64,000 nt of DNA, taken from Thalia democratica (Eukaryota). The DNA lies in the NCBI GenBank assembly GCA_965202585.1, contig OZ241831.1:63922001-63986000 (forward strand). The letters are read 5' to 3'. The translations under genes and the position numbers were made by a program. Below are positions 49,413-61,500 of the stretch, in pieces (positions within the stretch are counted from its first letter, which is position 1; each line of letters begins with the position of its first letter). Under the pieces are notes generated by a model. The model saw nothing but the letters and a program-made list of their open reading frames with translations. It was not told the DNA's origin and ran no database searches.

Positions 49413-51552
49413 ATGAAGTTCATTCTATTTTTTGTGTTATTTGGATGCATTCAATCCTTTTTATTCGTTAAAAGTGAGTTTTTATTTAATATTTGGTAGC
49501 TTTTTGTTGAACAGTTATTTATGTTAATTTTTTGGAGTTATATAAGTTTAATTCATATTTTCTATCAAATTTATTAATTCAAAAAAGCTAAAGTTAACAA
49601 AGTCTAGTAGCAAACCTAAAATGAATTTATAATTATTAATCTATATTTAAGTTTTCAAAATAATAAACTTTTTCAGGTAATGATTTTGATTTTCCAGCGA
49701 ATCATAAAACAACAAATTCTGAAGATAAAATTTCTACAATTAGCACAAATGAAGATAAAGTTACAAAAGAAACATCTATTGAGTCTTCAGGAGATTTTAT
49801 TGACGATACAGAACCATCAATAGAAGCTACAGGCAATGTTGTTGATGACAATGAATTTGATGGACAACTAGACGTTCCAAAAAGTACCAAAGGAAAAAGT
49901 TAGTATTTCTTGTATGACTTAAATATACTAAATAAAGTTTTAAAAACAGCAAGTTTTTGGTTTCAAACTCATTAGCAAATCTAAAAAAATAGATCTATTT
50001 TATTTATTCACTGTATTAGTATAATATTTACCAACAATATAAAATCTATCAATTGAAAAAAATAAATTTAATTTTGAAATTTTCGAAACAGAATGCGTTT
50101 ATGGAACCAATAAAATTTGCACACCATTTACATATAGAGGTATCAATTATGACGAGTGTTATGCTGGTTTGTATTCGTATCAGTGTTTGGTAGATGGTGA
50201 ATGGTCTTATTGTGGAGAATGTATAGAAGAAACAACAGTTTCTGATGCTACAACAGTTAGTATTACGGAAGTTACAAAAGAAACATCTGTAGAGAATTCT
50301 GGCGACAATACTGACGACACTGAATCATCTGTAGAAACTACTAACAGTATCATTAATGAAAATGAATTAGATGAACAATTGGACGTTCCTAAAAGTGCTA
50401 AAAAACAAAGTTTGTTGTGTGTTATAAAGTTTCAAAATTTTCATTATACTTAATAAAGTAAAGCTTTAAAAACAGCAAGTTTTTGGTTTCAGAACGTAAT
50501 AGATAAAATTTATAAATAGCACTTAATTGTTCCCAAGTAGATTTAAATAATGTTCAAATTACTTATTAACAATTTTAAAAGATTAAAGCTGTTTTGTTTA
50601 TTTCTCCACTGTATTAACATTATAACTATTATTAATTAATTTAATTTACCAAGAATATGATATCTAAATATAAAAAAACGAATTCACATATACTAATTTT
50701 AGTATATTTCATACAGAATGTGTTGAAGGTACCAATAAAGTTTGTACACCATTTACTCATGATGGTGTCGATTATGATGATTGCTATGCCGGAGTTTTTT
50801 CCTATCAGTGTATAGTTGATGGTGAATGGTCTTATTGTGGAGATTGTATAGAAAACACAACAGTTACTGATGCTATGACAGTTAGTACTACGAAAGCTTC
50901 AAAAGAAACATCTGTTGAGAATTCAAGAGATTCTAATGATGATACAGAATCATCTTTAGAAGCAACAGGGGGTGATATTCATAATACAGAACCACCTATA
51001 GAAACTACTGAGGATAGTATTCATAATACAGAACCATCTATAGGAGCTACTGAGGATAATCTTCATAATAGAGAGCCATCTATAGGAGCTACAGGCAAAC
51101 CTACAGAGTCTACAGAACCGGATGAACAATTAGACGTTCCAAAAAGTGCTAGAAAACAAAGTTTGTAAACACTGTATTGGTTTTGATACAACCAAAATAA
51201 AGATTAACACCATTTCAATTAAATAATTAGTTGAAAAATTGCACTTGAGTTAATATAGAAACATTTTGTTTACGTTGTTAGCTAGTTTCACAAAATACAT
51301 AAACTTCTAAGTAAAAATTATAAAAGATAAAATGTAATAATGAGCTGTTCATCCAAAATAAATTGATTTAAATTAAAATATTTTCAAACAGAATGCGTCC
51401 AAGGAACCAATATAGTTTGCACACCATTTGTTCATAATGGTAAAGTTTATGACGATTGCGCTACGAGTTACTGGAATGGTGATTGGTGTTTAGTAGAATC
51501 TCCAGTTAAATCATTTTATCCTTCTTGCGGGGAATGTGTTGAACAATTATAA
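49413..51552 (+). CDS. Gene 4: secreted acidic protein with three six-Cys FN2-like modules, ~401 aa
   Basis: Exons 49413-49473 (signal MKFILFFVLFGCIQSFLFVK), 49677-49898, 50092-50409, 50717-51160, 51392-51552 (ends CGECVEQL*); phase 1 junctions, 1206 nt, no TM. Confidence 0.8.
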
Positions 51553-52157
51553 TTATATACCGAACTGTCGTATTTTGTTTTAAAGTTTATTACTTACAAT
51601 TGAGCTTTACAAATTAAATCACGTTTTACCAAGACATTTATTTTATTCATCATCATTGCAATACACTAAGATAAAAAATCAACTTTTATTCTTCACTTTT
51701 AGCGTTCATATTTTTGTAGTTGAGTTTTTTAATAATTTTTTATGGAACAATTTTTTTTTTGAAATATCAAAAAAATACAACTATAATATTTATAATGTTT
51801 TTAACTTTATTTCAAAAGTTTTTTTGATGTTCTTGTTTTTTAAGCATAAATTGTTTTAATTCAAACTTATCATTAGGTCATGAAAATTGTTTTTGATATT
51901 GCATTTTGTTTCAGAATTAAGTATTTTTATGCACAATCATACTATGTAATAGTTTAAAAAATATTAGAGCATTTAGTTGTTTTATTAAAACTAAATATAA
52001 TTCTACCATCTCAAATGAATTAAAAGACATTTAGTTTAGTTTTCGATTTTGTTTTTATTATGCCGAAAATTCTAAATCTAAAATTTTCCCAACCATTATC
52101 ATCATATACTTTTATTCATTCATAATATTTATATTCCACAGAAGTACATAAATAAAA

Positions 52158-55003
52158 ATGAAGTTTGTTCTATTTTTGGTTTTGTTCGGGTTCATTCAAT
52201 CTTTTTCTGATGCAGCAAGTAAGTTTTTATAAATGTTATAACTTGTTATAAAATTTAATTAATAAGAGTTTTAGCATTTATATATTGCAGTTGAAAGTTA
52301 AAGTTTAATTAAAAACGTGAGTATTTGTATTTTTTTCCGTTGTTTATAATTGTTGTGTAAAATATTATAAATTACACACAAGGTAATAAGATAAAACAAA
52401 AAAAATTATCTTAACATGCTATGTAAATTATCTCGTATATTATTTATTTTTAACATCAACTTTAATTATTTCATTTAGTTTTGAAAATTATATATTTTTT
52501 TTTAATATCAACTTTAATTATTTCATTTAGTTTTGAAGCTTGTATATTTATTTTTAACATCAACTTTAATATTTAACTTTGTTTTAAAGTCTGTATGAAA
52601 TTATATATCTTTTGGCAGAGGAAAAAATATACCATTAATTAAGCTTTAAATTTAAGTTTCAGTTCAAAATATCATAAATTATTTATTTTCGACATCATTT
52701 TTGTTTCATTTAGTTTCGAAGTACATAAATTAAATTTATTTTTATTTTTTAAAGTTTTATTCAATTTATGAAGTATAATTATTCACAGATGAGTGTATCG
52801 CGGGAACGAATGAGAAATGCGTTCCTTTCACATGGCAAGGAGCCACTTACGATAAATGCGAGGGTTACTGGATTAAGTGGTGTGTCGGAAAAGACCAATC
52901 CGGATCGGAATATTCTCCCTGTGGCGAATGTGTTGAACCAGAACCTATTGGTTGATAATTTGTTTCTTATATTAATACTAGTAAATATTTTTAATTGTTG
53001 TTCAACCAATTATTACTGCTGGCTAATATTTTTATTTCTTAGAATCTACTACTGGTTAATAATTTGTTTGTTATTTGTAAAAAGTTAATATTAGTATTTT
53101 TATTTGTTACTTTAGAAATTACTTCTACTGGTTAATATTATTACTTCTTATATAAACAATTATTACTGTTGGTGAATTAAGTTGATTTTATTTTACCAAA
53201 AGCTACAACCGGTTAATATTTTACTTTGTTATTTAACCAATTGTTATATTAAATAATATTTTATTTTTGTTATATGATCAGGTTAATTTTAATTGTTATA
53301 GAAACAAATGTTTTTACTGTTTGTTTTTTTTAATTTTTAGAGAACCAATTATTAATTAATTATTTTTTTTTTGTTATTTGGGTGCATTCAATCCTTTTCA
53401 TAGTTTTTATTTAATATTTGGTAGTTTTTTGTTGAACAATTGTTTATGTTAATGCAGTTATATAAGTTTAATTCGTAATATTAAAACGCCATATTTTCTA
53501 TCAAGTTAAATTATTCAAAAAATCCAAAAGTGGCAAACCTAAAATAAATTTATAATTATTAATCTATATTTAAGTTTTCAAAATAATAAATTTTTTTAGG
53601 TAATGAGTTTGATTTGCCAGCGAATCATAAAACAACAATTTCTGAATATGAAGTCACTACAGTTAGCACAAATGAAGATAAGGTTACAAAAGAAACATCT
53701 ATTGAATCTTCAGGAGATTCTATTGATGATACTGAAACATCTGTAGAGAATTCAGGCGACAATACTGATGATACAGAATCATCTATAGAAACTACTAACA
53801 GTACCATTAATGAAAATGAACTAGAAGAACAATTAGACGTTCCTGATAGCGCTAAAAAACAAAGTTAGTTATGTATTATAAAGTTTTAAAATTTTCATTA
53901 TACTAAATAAAGTAAAGCTTTAAAAACAGCAAGTTTTTGGTTTCAGAAGATTATAGATAAAGTTTAGAAATAGCACTTAAATGTTCCCAAGTAGTTAAAA
54001 ATAATGTAAAATTTACCTATTAGCAATTCTAAAAGATTAAAAATAACTTATTTATTACTTAACTTTATTAACATAATAACTATTATTAATATTTTTTTTT
54101 ACTAAGAATATAATATGTAAATATAAAAAACGTATTCAAATATACTAATTTTAGTGTTTTCAAAACAGAATGCGTTTATGGAACCAACAAAATTTGCACA
54201 CCATTTACATATAGAGGTGTCAATTATGACGATTGATATTCTGGATATTGGTACTATCAGTGTTTGGTAGATGGTGAATTGTTACATTGTGGAGATTGTG
54301 TAGAAGACACAACTGTTTCTGATGCTACAACAGTTAGTACTACGGAAGTTACAAAAGAAGCATCTGTTGAGAGTTCAGGAGATTCTAATGATGATACAGA
54401 ATCATCTTTAGAAACAACTGAGGGTAATCTTCATAATACAGAAACATCTATTGAGAATTCAGGCGACAATACTGATGATACAGAATCATCTATAGAACCT
54501 ACAGAGGATAATATTTATACTGAATCATCTATAGGAGCTACAGAGGATAATCTTCATAACACAGAACCATCTACAGGAGCTACAGGCAAACCTACAGAAC
54601 TGGATGAACAATTAGACGTTCCAAAAAGTGCTAGAAAACAAAGTTTGTAAACACTGTATTAGTTTTGATACAACCAAAATAAAGATTAACAACATTTCAA
54701 ATAAAATATTAGTTGAAAAGCTACAATTAAGTTAATAAAGAAACATTATTTTTTACGTTGTTATTTGGTTCCACAAAATACATAAGTTTCTAACTAAAAT
54801 TTTTAAATGGTTGATTATACTAATTATAATATTTCCAAACAGAGTGCGTCCTAGGCACCAATATAGTTTGTACACCATTTGTTCATAATGGTAAAGTTTA
54901 TGACGATTGCGCTACAAATTACTGGAATGGTGATTGGTGTTTAGTAAAGTCTCCAGTTCAATCATTTTACCCTTCTTGTGGGGAATGTGTTGAACAATTA
55001 TAA
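52158..55003 (+). CDS. Gene 5: chimeric secreted FN2-like protein (gene 6-type exons 1-2 joined to gene 4-type exons); in-frame TGA in exon 4, so possibly a pseudogene
   Basis: Exons 52158-52218 (MKFVLFLVLFGFIQSFSDAA), 52789-52950, 53600-53863, 54169-54642 (TGA at 54234-54236 replacing a conserved Cys), 54843-55003. Confidence 0.7.
53361..53420 (+). pseudogene. Decayed copy of the gene 4 signal-peptide exon (no ATG, donor deleted) inside gene 5 intron 2
   Basis: ttgttatttgggtgcattcaatcctttt..agtttttatttaatatttggtag aligns with 49434-49499 but lacks the ATG and the ttcgttaaaagtg donor segment. Confidence 0.8.
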
Positions 55004-55597
55004 TTATTTTTATATATCGGACTGTCGTATTTTGTTTTACAGTTCATTACTTACAATTGAGCTTTATAAATTAAATCACGTTTTACCAAGACATTTTTTT
55101 TATTCATAATCATTGAAATTCATTAAGATAAAAAATCAACTTTTATTCTTAACTTTTAGCGTTCATATTTTTGTAGTTGAGTTTTTTAATAATTTTTTAT
55201 GAAACAATTATTTTTGAAATATCAAAAAAATACAACTATAATATTTATAATGTTTTTAAATTTTATTTCAAAAGTTTTTTTGATGTTCTTGTTTTTTTAG
55301 CCATAAATTGTTTTAATTCAAACTTATCATTAGGTCATTAAAATTGTTTTTTATATTGCATTTTGATTCAGAAATGAGTATTTTTATGCACAATCATACT
55401 ATGTAATAGTTTAGAAAATATTAGAGTATTTAGTTGTTTTTATTAAAACTAAATATAATTTTACCATCTTAAATGAATTAAAAGACATTTAGTTTAGTTT
55501 TCGATTTTGTTTATCATGACCAAAATTTTCCCAACCATTATCATCATATACATTAATTCATAGTTTATTTATATTCCACAGGAGTTAATAAATAAAA

Positions 55598-58500
55598 ATG
55601 AAGTTTATTCTCGTTTTGGTTTTGTTCGGGAGCATTCAATCTTTTTCTGATGCAGCAAGTAAGTTTTTATAAATGTTATAACTTGTTATAAAATTTAATT
55701 TAATTTAAAACGTTCGTACATATTTGTATTTTTTTCCTTTGTTTATAATTGTTGTGTAAAATACTATAAATTACACACAAGGTAATAAGATAAAAAAAAA
55801 ACAATAAATTAGTCTTAACATGCTATGTAAATTATCTCGTGTATTATTAATTTTAAACATCAACTTTAATTATTTTATTTAGTTTTAAAGTATATACATT
55901 AAAATTAATTTAGTTTAGTTCTAAAGTGTGTATAAAAGTATATATTATTTTACAGAGGTAAAAGAAAACATAAAATAAGCTTTAAATTTAAGTTTCATTT
56001 CGAAATATCATAAATTATTTATTTTCAACATCATTTTTGTTTCATTTAGTTTCAAAGTACATGAATTAATTTTAAACTTATTTTTGTTAACAGTTTTATT
56101 CATTTTAGTTCTAAATTATTCACAGATGAGTGTATCGCGGGAACGAATGAGAAATGCGTTCCTTTCACATGGGAAGGTGCCACTTATGATGCGTGCGAGG
56201 GTTACTGGAGCAAGTGGTGTGTCGGGAAAGACCAATCAGGATCGGAATACTCATCCTGTGGCGAATGTGTCGAACCACAACCTACTCCAGGTTGATAATT
56301 TGTTATATTACTACTAGTAAATATTTTTAATGGTTGAATAATTAAATGTATGTCTTGGTTAATAGTTTTAATTGTTGTTCAACCAATTATTACTACTGGT
56401 TAATATTTTTATTTCTTAGAACCTACTACTGGTTAACAATTTTAATTGTTATTTGTAAAAAGTTAATTCTGGTTAATATTAATACCTTTGTTATTGAACA
56501 AAAAATTACTATCAGTTAATGTTTTTAATTGTGTTTAACTAATTATTACTACTGCTTAGTGTTGGTTAATTGTTGAACAATCAATTGTTACTACTGGTTA
56601 ATATTGGTTAAATGTTAATTAAATAATTGCCTATATAAGTTAATATTTTTATTTGTTATATAACTAAAAATTACTACTGGTTAGTATTTTTAATTGTTCT
56701 TTAGAAAAAAATAATACTGTAATATATAAATGATAAATACAATAAAATAAATATTTTTATTAGTTAAATAACCGAAAGTCACTATTGGTTAATAATTTTG
56801 TTTGTTGTAAAACTGATTAATTCAACTGTTTAATATATTATTTTTATTAAAGCAGTTATCACAACTGATTAACATACTTTAGTTTTATAGAAATAATTTT
56901 TATTACTGTAATTTTTTCCTATATAACAATTTATTTCTACTGTTTAACGTTTTTATTTCTTATATAAACAATTATTACTGTTGGTAATTATAAGTTGATT
57001 TTATTTTATCAAAAGCTACAACTGGTTAATATTTTACTTTGTTAATTAACCGATTGTCATATTAATTAATGTTTTGTTTTTGTTATATGATCAGGTTAAT
57101 TTTTGTAAATTGTTAACAAATGAAACAAATGTTTTTATTGTTTATTATTTGTTAATTTTTAGAGAGCCTGTTATTACTAATGATTAATATTTTTAATTAA
57201 TATCGAACAAATTATTAATACTTGTTGTTTATTTAAAGCATTTATATTTTGTTTCTTATTATATGATATTTTGACTTAGTTTTACTATTATTATTAGCAA
57301 ATACTGAAAAAACTTAAAAAACAACAACAATTATTCACTGGTTGGTAAATAAAATAAACAGTAAAGAATACTAACAGTCGTTTCATAATATTCAATAAAC
57401 TATGTTTTTAATATAAGCATTATTTTTCTTATCAACAGAGGCAACTACAACTAAAAGAACAACGACCACTACCGGTTAGTAATTAAAATTATCAATAACT
57501 AATGTAGTGCTTCAAAAATGTGAAAAAAAATTGTATAAGAATATAAATAATTAATACAATGCTTCAACAATGTAGTATAAATAAACAAAACATTTTTGAA
57601 TAATAATTTTTTTTTACAAATGTTGTACAAATTTCTAAAATAGTGTATAACAATTTTAATTAACCTAACAAAATTCAAATAACTAACAAAACGCGCTTCT
57701 AGAGTAATTTTTATTATTAACAGAGCCTTCACCAACAACTACTACCGAAAGAACTACGACTACTACTGGTTAATAATAAAAATAATAATTATAAATAATA
57801 AATAATAAAAAAATATATAGAATGAATATTATGTTTTTTCTTTAAAACATACTAATACGTGTTTATAAAATCAATTAGTAAATTTTAAATTATAAGTAAA
57901 TTATAATTATATACAGAACGTACTACAACAACAACTAAAAGGACAACAACAACTGGTAAGTAACAAAATGTTTTTAATGATAAATATGTTACAAAAGTGT
58001 TTTTATGATAGACAATTATTTTTTACTTATTATGAACAGAGCCTACTACTACTATCAAAAGGACTACAACAACAACTGGTTAATAGTTACTTTTTTACAG
58101 TTAATATATGGTGTATTGTTTCAATAATTTCTAAAAAATAATAAAGCGTTTTATTTAAAAGAATAAAAATATAGTATGTAGCTTTTGAATGATGAAGATT
58201 AAAAAAATGTTTTTTTAATTTAAGAGCCAACTACTACTAGTTACTCAGAAAATTACGATGAAGAATTTGACTACAAAAGTATGTTTAATTGTTTTTTACT
58301 TTGAAATAATATAATACAATAATTTATAGTAAATTTTGTACAAGTCAAGACGACAGTTTAGGATATTTGTTTGTAAAACTATTTAAATAATAAATATTTC
58401 TATGAAAATGTTCATTAGCTGAGTCGTGCATTGTAAAATATTTCCAAATCTTTTTTATGATCCACTCCATTAAAAAGTAAATCTATATTAAATCTCATTA

Positions 58501-61500
58501 AAATCTCCCAGGTTTTTAATGCTGAAGACCTCAAATTTTCAGCAAATATTCGTTGCACGATTGATAGTTTTAGTTTTTAAGAAAACTCAACGAAAGAAAA
58601 CAACAAAAAAAGAAAAAAATATCATTCATTTTAACTATCAAAAACTTAAAAAATAATTGTATAGCCAACAGCTTATTTAGTAAAGATCGCATTGTATTGG
58701 AAAAGTTTTGCCGGCCAATGTTGTTTGAAATAACTGTAATAATTAATATAAAAACACTTTTTTAAAGTAAAAATGTGATACAATAATCAATAACAGCTGT
58801 AATAAAGAATAATGATTAAGTAAGAAGCCTTATTATGAGTTTTATTTTTTATTGATTTAAAAATTTTTGTTTTAACAAAAATTTTGAAAAGTACCTTGCA
58901 GTATTTGCTTTAACGGAATGTATTTTAATAATGACTTTTTCAATGCTATTACGTCATAATATATTCATTACGTCACAACAGTGGAATCTCCAGCTGTAGA
59001 AGAAGAAGGTTCAACAGACGACGATGCAACTGAAGATGACAAAACTGCCCCCGTTGACGATGATGACAAAACTACAGTTGTCATTTCAACTGATGATGAT
59101 GACAAAACTACACCTGTAGACGGTGGCGACAAAACTACAGTCGTCATTCCAACTGATGGTGATGACAAAACTACAGCCGTCATTTCAACTGATGTAGATG
59201 ATAAAACTTTCCCCGTTGACACAACTACAGTCGCCATTTCAACTGACAATGATGACAAAACTACAGTCGCCATTTCAACTGACAATGATGACAAAACTAC
59301 AGTCGCCATTTCAACTGACAATGATGACAAAACTACAGAAGTCGTTTTAACTGATGACGAAGATGAAGGTAAAGCATCTGGTGACATTTCTACTTCTGGT
59401 GACGATATTTTAACTAATGATGCTGGTGACAAAACTTCTGTTAAAGATTCTGGTGACAAAACTTCAGTTAAAGATGCTGTTGACAAAACTTCAGTTATAG
59501 ATGCTGTTGACAACATTTTAACTAAAGATGACGATTTGGATGTGAAGAAAGAAGGTTGTTAGTTTTAATTGGAAAAAAAATATTGATTTAATTTACATAT
59601 TATTGCTAATAAATTATAATTTTTGACTGCGTAAAAAATTAAACCAAGCATCCAACGTGTCTATTATTAGTTATGGACATACAAAATAAAACTTGTAAAT
59701 TAAAAAGCAGACTATGTTTAAGTTTTGTGTTTTTAACAAATAAAAGTGTTAGTTTAATTTCTACCACGTTAAATTTTTCTAACTTATTTTGAATTATTGA
59801 ATGTACGAATATTCATTTTGTTTTTACAGTTGATTTATTTTTTTAGTCGACAAACCTATGTTAATTAAAATTAAACAGTGATCAGAATTATAAGCAACTA
59901 CTGTAATAAATGAAATTTATTAATGATTAAGAAAACCTTTTTGTCTGTTTAATAAAATGAATGCTGAATTTAAAAGTTATGATTATATAGAATTGCAAAA
60001 CCTAAATAGTTTTAGAAATTAACACAAAATATTAAAATTAATAGAGAGACAAAATTTTTATTACCTTAGTTTTAGATGCGCTAAGTTTTTTTCCTTATTT
60101 TTATTTAATTTAGATTTAACTTTATACAACTTAAAATGACAACACTTGTTCTTTTTTTATAAATTATTATAATTAACTTTTTATTTTTATTCAGATGACA
60201 AAATACCGACTGGGTTGTCTCTGGAGAATACAAATAAAACTGATGAAAATAAAGGTTAGTTATTTATTTGATTGAATAAAACTTAAGTATTTGTTTTCCA
60301 AGAAGTTTATATCCAAGCTTTGCATATGAATTAATAAATTGATGTTTATATTTTCTCATGTTTTAGTAGAGCTCTTTCCAGTTAAATTTTAAAGTTAATA
60401 AAAAGAATAACAGAATTTATAAGTTATTAATACATTAATTAATATAAATTATTTGATTTATTAACTATTATTTTTTTTGCATATTGTTTAAAAATAACTA
60501 ACATAAAATCCTAGATTTTAAACTAGTTTTTTAATATTTATAATAACTTAAAAACAATCTGAAAATGCTAGTTTTTTTCAATACGTTTAAGTATTTTATA
60601 ATAAATGTTTTTTTTCGTATATTTTATTTAATTGTGATTTATCAACTTTTGTGGATTTTAGTTAAAAATAGATTTAAACATTTTGAATTTATATTAAAAG
60701 CATAAATTGCCATTTCAAATAAACTAAATATTTTTTCTTACAGATAAAGTATCCACCTTAAATATAATTTTTTAACTTAAAGTTCATAGTTTTTCAAGAA
60801 AAAAAAAATTTCTAACTACTAGATTAGATAATCAAACAATTAACTTCTTAAACTTTTTTTGTTATTCCATATTTTAAACTAATCTATTGAATAAAAAAAC
60901 CCTGATGTTTTTATTTGCCAAACTAATTAACAAAAATCAACGACTATCTACGCTTTTGACAATGTAATTCTTACAAGCTCGTATAAAGTTGACGCGACAA
61001 CAACCTCTTATGACGTAATAATTGCATAAAATCGTGTGAATATATACGTCACAATCAACTTAGTTACAAGCGCCCGGCTAGCTCAGTCGGGTTCGAGCCC
61101 CACGTTGGGCGTGATTTTTATTTTTCATAGAGAATTTCAATGTTGCAATTTTGATAAATAATTTTTTTTTCAGAAGGAATCCCGATTGTCTATGTTAAAA
61201 TGTTTATTATTTAATTTTTTTACAGAAGGAATTCTGATTGTTTATGTCGCAACATTATTAATTAATTATTTAAATTATTTATTATTTATTATTTATTTCA
61301 GAAGGAATTCCGATAGTTTATGTTGAAGTTTTTATTATTTAATTAATTTTTCAGAAGGAATTCCGATCGTTTATGTCGCAGTTTTTATTATTTAATTTTT
61401 TTTTTCAGAAGGAATTCCGATCGTTTATGTCGTAGTGCCAGTTGTTGTCGGACTGTTGATCGTTTCTGTGGTATTGGTGTTTATCAAACAGTTAGTTTTT

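Noticed and set aside
52768-53088. ORFs MKYNYSQMSVSRERMRN (also 56084-56317)
   Set aside because: Wrong frame of the ECIAGTNEKC module exons.
58424-58560. Possible tiny TIR element (tcgtgca ... tgcacga)
   Set aside because: Only a 7-bp inverted match, no TSD and no second copy in the window.
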